A DNA stretch of 64,000 nt, taken from IMG/VR virus record IMGVR_UViG_3300037313_002214; one strand, written 5' to 3'. Positions within the stretch are counted from its first letter, which is position 1; each line of letters opens with the position of its first letter. Below, in pieces: positions 26,370-36,120 of the stretch. Made by a program: the position numbers and the translations under genes. This DNA is from an uncultured virus (IMG/VR IMGVR_UViG_3300037313_002214) (Duplodnaviria > Heunggongvirae > Uroviricota > Caudoviricetes). The notes beneath the pieces were generated by a model. It had not been told where the DNA came from, searched no databases, and worked only from the letters and a program-made list of their open reading frames with translations.

Positions 26370-29300
26370 GTGATTGTTGGCGATCTCGAAATCAGATTGC
26401 GCGCAGATATTGCTCGCCTACAAAGAGACATGGATGACGCTCGCCGGGTCGTAGGCGACGCTGCCACGGCAATGGGTCGCGCTGCCGAGATGGCCAAGAA
26501 CGCGCTGGCCGGTATTGCTAGCGCCGTAGGGCTGGCGAAAATAGCCCAGATGAGTGACGAATACTCGAAGCTCACGGCCCAACTGCGCCTCGCGACAGAT
26601 AGCACTAGTGAGTATGCTCAAGCCTATGCTGACGTCAAGCGTATCGCTAACACTTCGCAGTCGGATTTGGCCGCAACTGGCTCGCTGTACGCGTCTCTCG
26701 CTCGCGCAACAAAAGATCTAGGAACGTCGCAGAAAGGCGTAGCCGATATTACCGAAGCAGTAAATCTCGGGCTGAAGATCTCAGGCGCTGGCGCTCAGGA
26801 GTCCGCGGGTGCGATCCTGCAGCTTTCGCAGGCCTTTGCAGCAGGCGCTTTAAGAGGCGATGAGTTCAATAGCGTCGCCGAGTCCGCGCCGCGTCTGATG
26901 AAGGCGCTAGCCGACAACATCGGTGTCCCAGTGGGCGCTTTGCGTACGATGGCTGAGCAGGGAAAATTAACTGCCGACGTGGTGGCTAAGGCGCTCCCTC
27001 AGGCTCTCGTACAACTGCGTGGCGAAGCTGGGCAAATTCAAACTATCGCAGGCAGCTTCGTAGTCTTAAAGAACAGCGTGCTCGAGTTCACGGGCGTACA
27101 AGCCCAGTCGAGCGGCGCCGTGACGGTGCTTACCAGCGGCATCAACCTGCTGGCGAATAATCTTAACGTCCTGGCGGGTGCGGCAGCCACAGTCGCCGCA
27201 GTGAAGCTAGGCAATTGGCTCAACGGTACCATCTCAAGTGCGACGAGCGCCTTCACCGCCAATCGGCAGTTGGCAGCGTCCACTATTGCGACGGCCGAGG
27301 CGAATGCGACCGCAACGGCGCAGGCATCGCTGCTGGCAAATGCCCGCTTGGCTGAGGTTCGCGCTGCCACGCTGGCAGCATCCGGGGAAGTGCAGCTAGC
27401 GCTGACCACCAACGCCCTTATCCCGGCTCAAGCACGTGCGGCTGCTGCAGCTGAGGCGCACGCTGTCGCCATGGGGCAGCTCACCGTAGCGCAGCGCACC
27501 GCCGCTCTCGGCGCAACGGCAGCGTCACGGATCATTGGTGGCCTTGGCGGTCCGCTTGGAGCGCTGATCACCGTGCTCGGTCTGGCAGCGACGGCGTGGT
27601 CCTGGTACAAGGAAAAGCAAGATGAAGCGACCCGTAAAGCGCAAGAGGACGTTGGTCAATCTACCAATGAGATCGTCGACAACCTAAAGCAGCAAAACGA
27701 GCAAATGCGTCAGCGGATTCAGTTGGCGCAGCGATATGGCGATATCGATGCCGCTCAAGACAGCCCCGCGCTTCAGCGCATGGCTGAGCTGCAACAAAAG
27801 ATCAACGACTTAAAGGCCCAGGGCGCCGGCATCTCGTCTGGCGATTCGGTCGCACTCATCGACTATGAGGGACAACTGTCTGACCTCAAGAAGGTCGTCG
27901 ACCAAAATAAGGAATACAAGGCAACCTTGGAGTCGACTGGCAAGGCGGCACTCGACCTCATCACTGTCCAGCAGCAGCTCGCCGGTGTGAACCAGCAGTA
28001 TCTGGATGACCTTACGAAATTAAAGGCCGCACTTGACAAGGGGGCAATTAGCCAGGGCGAATACGTCGCCGTTGTGTCGAAGCTTGCAAAGGACACATAC
28101 ACGGGCTCGACCGCTGGCAAGTTGTTTGCGCAAAGTTTGGATGCCCAGGCGGCAGCCATTGAGCGCGCTGCAGAGGCGCAGAGCCTTCGAAACCAGCGAG
28201 ATCAGGAACATATCCAGTTCCTGAAAAGCAGCGGGCAGGTAGACGACGAGGCCACGATCAGGGCGGCAGCCGCGGCACAAGTGAAGGATCTCAACGATCA
28301 GATCACGGCGCAACAAAGGCTCATGGGTGTCGAGCGGCAGCGTCAGGTCAGCGCTGAGCAAATGGCGCAGAAGCAGGCTGAAATCAACGGTAAGGTAGCT
28401 AACTTGCGCATCCAGATCGACAACGCGCAGAAAAAGCGCGACGAGGATCTGTTCCTGCTCGAGCAGCAGCGCTATCGTCAGGCTGTTGGCAACGCGGCTG
28501 ATTTGATCGAGAGTGAGCAGGCTGAGTTGGCAAGCCTTCGGCAGCAAACCCAAGCCCAAATTGACTACAACGAACAAATCGGCCTGAGCCAAACCCAGGT
28601 GGCCGCATTGACCGCGGCGCACCTTGAAGAGGCGGCAGCGCGCAAGGATGCAGAATCCGTTACGGCTGAAGGACTCGACCTCACCGGCGAGCGCGCGCAA
28701 CGCATACGCGACGAGGCAGCGGCGATCCGTGAGCGTGCTGCAGCGGTGGTCGATGGCGCGGCAAAGCAGCAGCGCTACGATCAGTGGAAGCAGGCGATCG
28801 ATCAGTATGGCCAAGTCTTCCAGCAGGGCTTCGCCGACATGCTGAACAATGGCAACGCTGGCTGGCAGTCGTTCACGAAGTCCCTCGTGACCACGTTCAA
28901 GACGTCGGTGGTCGACCAGATCTACAAAATGTTCGCTAGGCCGATTATCGTGCAGTTGGTCGGTAGCTTCATGGGCATTAGCCCGACCGCCATCGCCGGT
29001 GAGATCGCTAGCCAGCCGAACGCATATGGTGTCACCGCGAATAGTGGCTCTGGCGTTGGAAGTGCCATCAGTGCAGCACAGGTGGCGTCGACGCTTTACA
29101 AGGCCGTTAGCGGCGGGTTCTCGGCGCTGGGTACGACTGTGGCGGATGCGGTTCAGGCGGGCATGTATCAGACTGGCATGACGACGCAAATTGCTAGCAA
29201 CGGCGCTTTCGCGACCGGGGTCGGCACTGCGGCAAGCTACGGCGCTGGTGTTCTGGGTGGCCACTACATCGGCAATGCGATCGCGGGTGACTACAGTATC

Positions 29301-31457
29301 AACCATGGCCAAGCGGTTACGAGCATCGCTTCCGTAATCGGTGCGGTAATTGGTGGACCGATTGGCGGGATCATCGGCGGTGCTGTCGGTGGCCTGATCA
29401 ACCGCGCCTTCGGACATGGCTCGACCGAGGTCCAGTCTCAAGGCCTTCAAGGTACTCTCACGGCTAGCAGCCTGGCCGGCAACAGCTATCAGAATCTGCA
29501 TCAGGGTGGCGGGTGGTTCACCAGCGATCGTAACTGGAAGGACACCAAGGCGTTCACTGAACAAATGGTGGCCCAGTTCACGCAGGGGTTGGCCGCAATC
29601 GAGTCGACATCCTCGGGCTTCGCGAAAGCGCTGGGCGTGTCTGCGGATTGGGTATCTACCTACTCGAAAGACTTCAACCTGGCACTGACAGGCGATGCGG
29701 CGAAGGACCAGCAGGCCATCACGGACTTTTTCAGCGGAATCGGTGACGAGATCGCGAAGAAGCTAGTGCCGAATCTGGACCAATTCAGCAAGACTGGCGA
29801 GACTGCATCGGCGACACTCGAGCGTCTGGCCGGCGACTTCGAAGCCACTGACCAAGTCGCGCAGCTTATCGGCAAGACGGCTGCGGAGGCATTTGGTACC
29901 GCGGGCATTGAATCGGCGAAGGCGCGCGAGCAGTTGGTTAGCCTGGCTGGCAGTGCGTCGACGCTGACGTCGCAGGCGCAATCGTACGCACAGAACTATC
30001 TGACCGATTCCGAGAAGCTGGCGCCGGTGCAGAAAGCGCTTGATGCTGCGATGGCGAGCCTTGGCCTGTCGTCGATCCAGACGCGGGATCAGTTCAAGGC
30101 AGTCGTCAACTCTCTCGATCTGACGACTGAAGCCGGCGCGAAGGAGTTCACGTCCTTGATGGCCCTTGCGGATGCGTTCGCGCAGGTGCATCCGGCTGCC
30201 AACGACGCGGCGACCGCAGTTCAGAACGCAGCCGACGCACTCCAGGCGATCAAGGACTCTGCTGGCACATTGGTTGGTGACGTCGACAGTGCGTTCTCGG
30301 TGTTGCAGAAGGTGGTCGAGCGCGAGAAGACTGCAGTCCAGACGGCTATCGACGCGCACACTGCTGCGGTGAGCAAGCTGCAAAGCCTGTCTCAGTCGCT
30401 TCACAGCACCCTGAACAGCATGATGTCGCCAGATCAGCAGGCGATGGCGCGCACGGCTGGCCAGGCGCAAATTCGGGCAGCACTGGCGATCGCGAAAGCG
30501 GGCGGGCCGCTGCCGGATGCGGACTCCCTTAAGGATGCCTTGAGCGCGGTATCGAAGACGTCGACCGACCAATTCAAAACGTATCAGGACTACCTCAAGG
30601 ATCTGTATAAAACGCAGAACGACATCGCGGCGCTGGGTCAGGTCACGGATGATCAGCTTTCGGTAGAGCAGAAAGCGCTCGCGACGGCGCAGGACCAACT
30701 GAAATCGCTTGACTCGGTGCTGACGAAAGCGCAGGACCAGATCGACGTGCTGAAGGGGCAGTCCACCACTCTGCTGTCGATCGATCAAGCGATTCAGGGT
30801 CTGTCGACGGCGATCATGGCCGCGCAGGCCAATCCTGTTGTTGCGGCCACATCGACCATCAACAAGGCTTACCAGTCGTCGCTTGGTCGTGCGCCGGATG
30901 CCGCTGGCTTGGCGTACTGGCAGCAGCAGGCCGCTGCCGGCGTGTCTCCAGGCGACATTCAGAAGGCTATTTCGACGTCTCCAGAGGCGACGCTGCAAGG
31001 CATGTACCAAACTATGTTGCATCGCTCAGCCGATGCTGCGGGTCTGAATTACTGGCTCACGCAGCTGCAACACGGCGTGTCGTGGTCGGACGTCGGTAAT
31101 GCGCTGATGAACAGTGCCGAAGCGAATGGGAAGGTTCCTGGCTTCGCGTCTGGCGGTGACTTCGGTGGCGGCTGGCGCATCGTCGGTGAGAACGGCCCGG
31201 AACTGGAGGCAACAGGACCGGCGCGCATCTTCAACGCGCAGCAAACGTCGTCGCTGATGAGTCGATTGACCAGCCCAGCGAGCAACAACGATGCGCTGCT
31301 TGTCGAGCTAAAGGCTGTTCGTCAGGAACTTGCGGACCTCCGCCAGAAGAACAGCGCTGAGAACATCGCCCAGGTGAAGCAGTTGCAAACCACAGTCGAT
31401 CTGCTCACACGAGTGATCTACGGCGGCGACTCCATCCAAACCAAAGCAGTGAGCTAA
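26370..31457 (+). CDS. Tail tape measure protein
   Basis: ~1695 aa, Ala-rich; QLSQAFAAGALRGDEFNSVAE tape motif; FASGG...VGENGPEL C-terminus; GTG start after GGAG. Confidence 0.95.
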   Translation: MIVGDLEIRLRADIARLQRDMDDARRVVGDAATAMGRAAEMAKNALAGIASAVGLAKIAQMSDEYSKLTAQLRLATDSTSEYAQAYADVKRIANTSQSDLAATGSLYASLARATKDLGTSQKGVADITEAVNLGLKISGAGAQESAGAILQLSQAFAAGALRGDEFNSVAESAPRLMKALADNIGVPVGALRTMAEQGKLTADVVAKALPQALVQLRGEAGQIQTIAGSFVVLKNSVLEFTGVQAQSSGAVTVLTSGINLLANNLNVLAGAAATVAAVKLGNWLNGTISSATSAFTANRQLAASTIATAEANATATAQASLLANARLAEVRAATLAASGEVQLALTTNALIPAQARAAAAAEAHAVAMGQLTVAQRTAALGATAASRIIGGLGGPLGALITVLGLAATAWSWYKEKQDEATRKAQEDVGQSTNEIVDNLKQQNEQMRQRIQLAQRYGDIDAAQDSPALQRMAELQQKINDLKAQGAGISSGDSVALIDYEGQLSDLKKVVDQNKEYKATLESTGKAALDLITVQQQLAGVNQQYLDDLTKLKAALDKGAISQGEYVAVVSKLAKDTYTGSTAGKLFAQSLDAQAAAIERAAEAQSLRNQRDQEHIQFLKSSGQVDDEATIRAAAAAQVKDLNDQITAQQRLMGVERQRQVSAEQMAQKQAEINGKVANLRIQIDNAQKKRDEDLFLLEQQRYRQAVGNAADLIESEQAELASLRQQTQAQIDYNEQIGLSQTQVAALTAAHLEEAAARKDAESVTAEGLDLTGERAQRIRDEAAAIRERAAAVVDGAAKQQRYDQWKQAIDQYGQVFQQGFADMLNNGNAGWQSFTKSLVTTFKTSVVDQIYKMFARPIIVQLVGSFMGISPTAIAGEIASQPNAYGVTANSGSGVGSAISAAQVASTLYKAVSGGFSALGTTVADAVQAGMYQTGMTTQIASNGAFATGVGTAASYGAGVLGGHYIGNAIAGDYSINHGQAVTSIASVIGAVIGGPIGGIIGGAVGGLINRAFGHGSTEVQSQGLQGTLTASSLAGNSYQNLHQGGGWFTSDRNWKDTKAFTEQMVAQFTQGLAAIESTSSGFAKALGVSADWVSTYSKDFNLALTGDAAKDQQAITDFFSGIGDEIAKKLVPNLDQFSKTGETASATLERLAGDFEATDQVAQLIGKTAAEAFGTAGIESAKAREQLVSLAGSASTLTSQAQSYAQNYLTDSEKLAPVQKALDAAMASLGLSSIQTRDQFKAVVNSLDLTTEAGAKEFTSLMALADAFAQVHPAANDAATAVQNAADALQAIKDSAGTLVGDVDSAFSVLQKVVEREKTAVQTAIDAHTAAVSKLQSLSQSLHSTLNSMMSPDQQAMARTAGQAQIRAALAIAKAGGPLPDADSLKDALSAVSKTSTDQFKTYQDYLKDLYKTQNDIAALGQVTDDQLSVEQKALATAQDQLKSLDSVLTKAQDQIDVLKGQSTTLLSIDQAIQGLSTAIMAAQANPVVAATSTINKAYQSSLGRAPDAAGLAYWQQQAAAGVSPGDIQKAISTSPEATLQGMYQTMLHRSADAAGLNYWLTQLQHGVSWSDVGNALMNSAEANGKVPGFASGGDFGGGWRIVGENGPELEATGPARIFNAQQTSSLMSRLTSPASNNDALLVELKAVRQELADLRQKNSAENIAQVKQLQTTVDLLTRVIYGGDSIQTKAVS

Positions 31458-31461
31458 GCCG

Positions 31462-33063
31462 ATGATGATAATCGACCCCGTCACCCTGGGTGACGTGGCG
31501 TGCACGCGCGCGTCCGTAAAGTACGTGTACGACCGGACCGGCACGCTTGTACAGGTGCCGGCCAATACCCTGGCGGTGACGTATGACCCTAGCGATTTGA
31601 CAAAGGCGCCATATGCGCTGGTAGAGCCTGCCGCCACGAATTTGATCTCGCAATCCTCAAATTTCGCGACAGGCTGGGCTAAGACATTAGTTTCCATAAC
31701 GTCGAACGCCGGAGCGGCGCCGGACGGCACCAGCTCGGGCACGCTCGTCGCCACGACGGGAACATCCGGATGCATTCTTTACTACGCAATCGTTGCGCCG
31801 AGTAACACGCTGACGTACAGCATATTTTTTAAGTTCGGCAATGCCGCGTTGCCGAATGCTCGTTCGTATGGGTTCTACAACATCACGACCGGGTTGGACC
31901 TAGCTTACGCTCAAGTCAACTACGCAGATGGCAGCGTGTCACTCATCGGCCCGCAGGCGGCCAATGCTGTCGGTACGTCCGAAGACGTTGGCGGGGGGTG
32001 GTACAGGCTGAGCCTCACCGTCACAAATGGCGTAAGCCCCGGTGACACACTCTACGTTTATGCTGGTGCCACCGGGGGCGTCTACGCAGTCGGCGAACAG
32101 TGGATGATTTGGGGCGCCCAAGTTGAGGCTGGCGCCGGCGCGACCAGCTATATTCCTACCACTACTGCTGCAGTCACTCGTACTGCGGACACCATCGCTT
32201 CTGGCGCTGGCCTCGTGTTTTCGAACGTGCCGATCACTGAAACGCCGTACAGCAGCACGACAACATACGCGCAGAATGCGATTGTCTACGACCCTGCGAC
32301 ATACCTGATGTACCAGTCGCTCATCGCGAGCAACGTCGGCAAGGCCCTGACCGACACGACCTCCTGGACGCCCCTTCTGACAATGGTGAATCGCTGGTCG
32401 ATGTTCGACCAGTACAACAACACGCAGACCAGCAACGCCGAGGAAATCATTGTTGTGGTGCAGCCGAGCGCGCTCGCGCAAGGGGTCTACATCGGCAATG
32501 CCGATGCGAGCGATATCCGCGTCTCTACGTACGATCCGACAGATGGTTTGGTGTATCAAGAAACCCAAAATCTGATCATTTCGGATTCGGGGAGCTCCTT
32601 CTACAACTGGTGCTTCAAGCGCATCCGCAAGAAGTCCTATGCCGTGTCGGTGCAACTGCCGCCTTACTACACTGGGCTTGTGACAATTACACTGCGGAAG
32701 CCCGGCGGGACGGCGAAATGCGGTATGTCCGTGCTTGGCCCGCTCGTCGACGTTGGCCTTTCCCAATACGGGCTGTCGCGCGAGATCAAGGACTACTCTA
32801 CCGTCAACTTCAATTTCGATGGCACGAGCAACGTCGTCAAGCGCAACTTCGCAAAGATCATGGACGTTGATGTACTCATCGACAACGTCTACATCGATAG
32901 CGTCATCGAATCGCTCGAGAACTACCGACAGAAGCCGGTCGCCTGGATTGGCGCGGCGGCGTACGGGTCTGCCTGCCTATACGGCACCTACACCAGCTTT
33001 AAGAACGTCATCCAGTATCCGACTCAGTCGGCGATGAACCTGCAAATCCAAGGAACCGTTTAA
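31462..33063 (+). CDS. Tail tip protein with inserted carbohydrate-binding-like domain
   Basis: Follows tape measure; VEPAATNL...WGAQVEAGAGATSYIPT; NRWSMFD. Confidence 0.7.
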   Translation: MMIIDPVTLGDVACTRASVKYVYDRTGTLVQVPANTLAVTYDPSDLTKAPYALVEPAATNLISQSSNFATGWAKTLVSITSNAGAAPDGTSSGTLVATTGTSGCILYYAIVAPSNTLTYSIFFKFGNAALPNARSYGFYNITTGLDLAYAQVNYADGSVSLIGPQAANAVGTSEDVGGGWYRLSLTVTNGVSPGDTLYVYAGATGGVYAVGEQWMIWGAQVEAGAGATSYIPTTTAAVTRTADTIASGAGLVFSNVPITETPYSSTTTYAQNAIVYDPATYLMYQSLIASNVGKALTDTTSWTPLLTMVNRWSMFDQYNNTQTSNAEEIIVVVQPSALAQGVYIGNADASDIRVSTYDPTDGLVYQETQNLIISDSGSSFYNWCFKRIRKKSYAVSVQLPPYYTGLVTITLRKPGGTAKCGMSVLGPLVDVGLSQYGLSREIKDYSTVNFNFDGTSNVVKRNFAKIMDVDVLIDNVYIDSVIESLENYRQKPVAWIGAAAYGSACLYGTYTSFKNVIQYPTQSAMNLQIQGTV

Positions 33064-34121
33064 TGGCAATCACTACATTGCTCGATCCAACACTACTGCC
33101 AGCGCGAACGATGGATCAAGCCGCGTTCGACGCAGCGATGGCCTACCTCATGACCAATCTGCCGACGTGGGGATCTCAGACGAATGCGCTCCAAGCCAAC
33201 CTGAACAGCATAGCGTACGGCGGGGCCTATGCGATTCCGTACACGTTCAAAACGGGGCAGGCCGCTAGCACTGACCCCGGCGCAGGCAAGATCGGAATTC
33301 TGACTTCCGGGGCGCAGAATGCCGCGACCGCGATCTACGTCGACGTGCTTAATAACGTGAGCACCGACGTAACCACATTGCTAGATTCTATGAGTGGCTC
33401 GACGAGCTCGGTGTTGGGGCAGCTTCGTCTCGTTAAACAAGGCGATGCGAGCAAGTGGTTGACGTTCAATGTCACCTCAGTGGGCGCTCCGACCGGCTAT
33501 CGTGTCTACTACGTCACACCGTCCGGAAGCAGCGCGGCGAGCCCCTTTGTGGATACCGATGCCCTTATTCTGTCTTTCACGCGCACGGGTGACAAGGGCG
33601 ATACAGGCTTGACAGGCCCTATTGGACCAGCGGGCGGCGGCTTCGCTCTGCTGGGCTCAGCAAACATTACAACCGCTGTCACCAACATCGATTTCCTGAG
33701 CCTGTTTTCGGACACATATGACAACTATCGTGTCGATCTGTTAGGGATTCTTCCGTCGGCATCTGACACGCTGTACCTGCGCTTTGCAACTGGCGGCGTG
33801 GTTGACACGAATAGCGTCTACACAGCTAACTTCGTCTCAACTAGCACAATCGCGTCGTCGTCGTCAAACACGACCCTGTGCAATGGTTCAAGCGTTCCCA
33901 CCACAGGCATCGGGACTACGCTGACTCTCGATATTCGAAATGCGCGGTCTACAACCAGAAGCAAGTCTTACGGCGCTCGCGGACAATCCAACGGTACTGT
34001 TGTAACCGGCGAAGCAATCTATGCAAACACGACTGCTATCAGCGGATTGCGCCTGTACTGGGGCGCGGGAAACACGTTCGCGGCCGGTAAGGTCCTCGTG
34101 TACGGCGTCAAGAACAGCTAA
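33063..34121 (+). CDS. Tail fibre/receptor-binding-like protein
   Basis: Short collagen-like GDKGDTGLTGPIGPAG segment; beta-rich C-terminus. Confidence 0.65.
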   Translation: MAITTLLDPTLLPARTMDQAAFDAAMAYLMTNLPTWGSQTNALQANLNSIAYGGAYAIPYTFKTGQAASTDPGAGKIGILTSGAQNAATAIYVDVLNNVSTDVTTLLDSMSGSTSSVLGQLRLVKQGDASKWLTFNVTSVGAPTGYRVYYVTPSGSSAASPFVDTDALILSFTRTGDKGDTGLTGPIGPAGGGFALLGSANITTAVTNIDFLSLFSDTYDNYRVDLLGILPSASDTLYLRFATGGVVDTNSVYTANFVSTSTIASSSSNTTLCNGSSVPTTGIGTTLTLDIRNARSTTRSKSYGARGQSNGTVVTGEAIYANTTAISGLRLYWGAGNTFAAGKVLVYGVKNS

Positions 34122-34132
34122 CGGAGTTCAGC

Positions 34133-34573
34133 ATGACATATCAAGTAATGGACAATGGTGTCGTGCGCGACGCCACGGAGGAAGAGAGTGCTGAGATCCA
34201 GGCGCGCTCCGTGGATGCGATGGACTCGATTAAAGCATCGAAGAACGAGGAGATTAACGCATGGCGCGCGGCAGCGAATCTGTCCACCTTCCCGCACGCG
34301 GGCAAGCTGATAGCCTGCGATTCGTTGTCCCGATCGGACCTGGACGGCGTCGCAAACGCCATCGCGCTATCGGGCTCGTTCCCGACTGGCTTCCCTGGCG
34401 CCTGGAAAGCGACCGACAACTCGATGATCCCATTAGCGGATCTCGATGCGTTCCGTGCCTTGTACGCGTCGATGACGGCGCAAGGAACCGCGAACTTTAA
34501 CCATGCCCAGGCCCTGAAGACGCAGCTCGCATCGGCGAGCACGCCGGAAGAGGTAGCGGCGATCGTATGGTGA
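34133..34573 (+). CDS. DUF4376-like tail fibre accessory protein
   Basis: EINAWR, WKATDNS, ASTPEEVAAIVW. Confidence 0.7.
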   Translation: MTYQVMDNGVVRDATEEESAEIQARSVDAMDSIKASKNEEINAWRAAANLSTFPHAGKLIACDSLSRSDLDGVANAIALSGSFPTGFPGAWKATDNSMIPLADLDAFRALYASMTAQGTANFNHAQALKTQLASASTPEEVAAIVW

Positions 34574-34577
34574 TGCC

Positions 34578-35045
34578 ATGACCTTTCGCGCAGGGTTCTA
34601 CAAGGGCACGCATGCAGGGGTTCCGGGCATCTACAACCGCTTGGTGCGCTGGTGGACGCGCAGCCCCTATTCGCACGTCGAGCTGGTGTTCCGAGATGGC
34701 GAAGAGGCCGCATCCTCGTCTTACATGGACGGCGGGGTGCGCTTCAAGAAGATCGACTTCGATCCGGCTCTCTGGGACTTCGTCGACTTGCCCGATCACA
34801 TGGAGGCTCCGGCGCTGGCTTGGTTCAACGCGCACAAGGGCGATGCTTACGACTTGATGGGCAATCTGCACTTCGTCGTGGAGCCCATTGGCGACGATAA
34901 GCGGAAGTGGTTCTGCTCGGAGGCTGTAGCCGCGTCGCTCGGCATGCCCTATCCGGCGCGCTTCGATCCCGGCACGCTTTATGCGGCCCTCAGCTTCCTC
35001 CACCAACCCGCCCTCGAGGCGGGTTTTTTTATGGGACACCCGTGA
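34578..35045 (+). CDS. Permuted papain-like (YaeF/YiiX-type) protein
   Basis: YSHVELV ... YD ... WFCSEAVA (His before Cys). Confidence 0.65.
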   Translation: MTFRAGFYKGTHAGVPGIYNRLVRWWTRSPYSHVELVFRDGEEAASSSYMDGGVRFKKIDFDPALWDFVDLPDHMEAPALAWFNAHKGDAYDLMGNLHFVVEPIGDDKRKWFCSEAVAASLGMPYPARFDPGTLYAALSFLHQPALEAGFFMGHP

Positions 35046-35302
35046 GCGATCAATCACAGGCAGAAGCGCTTGCGACAGCGCGTATCGACATCGCCCGCCT
35101 AGAAGTAGAGGTCGGGCACCTCACGCGAAGCATGGCGGACCTTCAAGAGAGTAACCAGCAACTGACCGCGAAGCTCGATCAAGTGCTGCTTACCCTCTCG
35201 GAGGCCCGCGGAGGCTGGAAGACGCTCATGGTGGTCGGCGGCGCGGCATCGACAATTGGTGCGGCGATCGCGTGGTTCATTCAACACCTGGGGAAGGCAT
35301 GA
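35042..35302 (+). CDS. Coiled-coil protein with C-terminal TM segment (holin/antiholin-like)
   Basis: Directly upstream of the endolysin; one C-terminal TM segment. Confidence 0.55.
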   Translation: MSDQSQAEALATARIDIARLEVEVGHLTRSMADLQESNQQLTAKLDQVLLTLSEARGGWKTLMVVGGAASTIGAAIAWFIQHLGKA

Positions 35303-35823
35303 ACCTCATAACAGCAAATCAACTCAAGCGAATCTTGCCCCTCGCCGGCGCGCGCGCCGACACGTTTTGCGCGCCGCTGAACATCGCTATGGCGGAATTC
35401 GTAATCAACACACCGGAACGCCAGGCGGCATTCATCGCGCAGATCGCCCACGAGTCAGGCCAGTTCCGATACGTGCGCGAGCTCGCGAGTGGGGCCGCGT
35501 ACGAAGGCCGCGCCGACCTCGGGAACACGATGAAGGGCGACGGCGTTCGATTCAAGGGACGTGGCCTGATTCAGATCACGGGTCGCACCAACTACAAGGC
35601 ATGTGGTGACGCGCTCGGTCTCGATCTGATCCTCTATCCGGAACTGCTCGAGGAGCCCATGTATGCATGCCGCTCGGCCGCTTGGTTCTGGAAGACGCAC
35701 GGCCTGAACGAGCTTGCCGACGCCGGCGACCAGGTCAAGATCACCCGCCGCATCAATGGCGGCACCAACGGGCTTGCCGAGCGGCTGGCCTACTTCGAAA
35801 TCGCACGAAAGGTCATCGCATGA
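35299..35823 (+). CDS. Glycoside hydrolase family 19 endolysin
   Basis: AQIAHESG, FKGRGLIQITGRTNY, INGGTNGL. Confidence 0.95.
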   Translation: MNLITANQLKRILPLAGARADTFCAPLNIAMAEFVINTPERQAAFIAQIAHESGQFRYVRELASGAAYEGRADLGNTMKGDGVRFKGRGLIQITGRTNYKACGDALGLDLILYPELLEEPMYACRSAAWFWKTHGLNELADAGDQVKITRRINGGTNGLAERLAYFEIARKVIA

Positions 35824-36017
35824 AAGATCGCATCCGCATTGCAGCGCAATACCTCGCCGCGCGTCTGAGCGAGGCTTCCACCTGGCAGGGGATTGGTTTT
35901 GTAGTGGCACTGACCGGCTCGAAGTTCGGGTTCGGTATGGACTGGGGGCAGGCTGCAGGCCTCGGCGGCATCATCTCCGCGGTACTGAAGATGGTCTTCC
36001 CGGACCCGACAAAATGA
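35820..36017 (+). CDS. Holin-like two-TM protein
   Basis: RLSEASTWQGI, two hydrophobic segments, lysis cassette. Confidence 0.6.
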   Translation: MKDRIRIAAQYLAARLSEASTWQGIGFVVALTGSKFGFGMDWGQAAGLGGIISAVLKMVFPDPTK

Positions 36018-36120
36018 GCACGCCTGACTGCTTCTTTCTCGGCATGGCGATCGGTGCATTTACGGCGGCAGTCGTCGTGATCTATGCCGTTGCCGTGTGT
36101 GCGGCGGGACTGGAGGGGAG

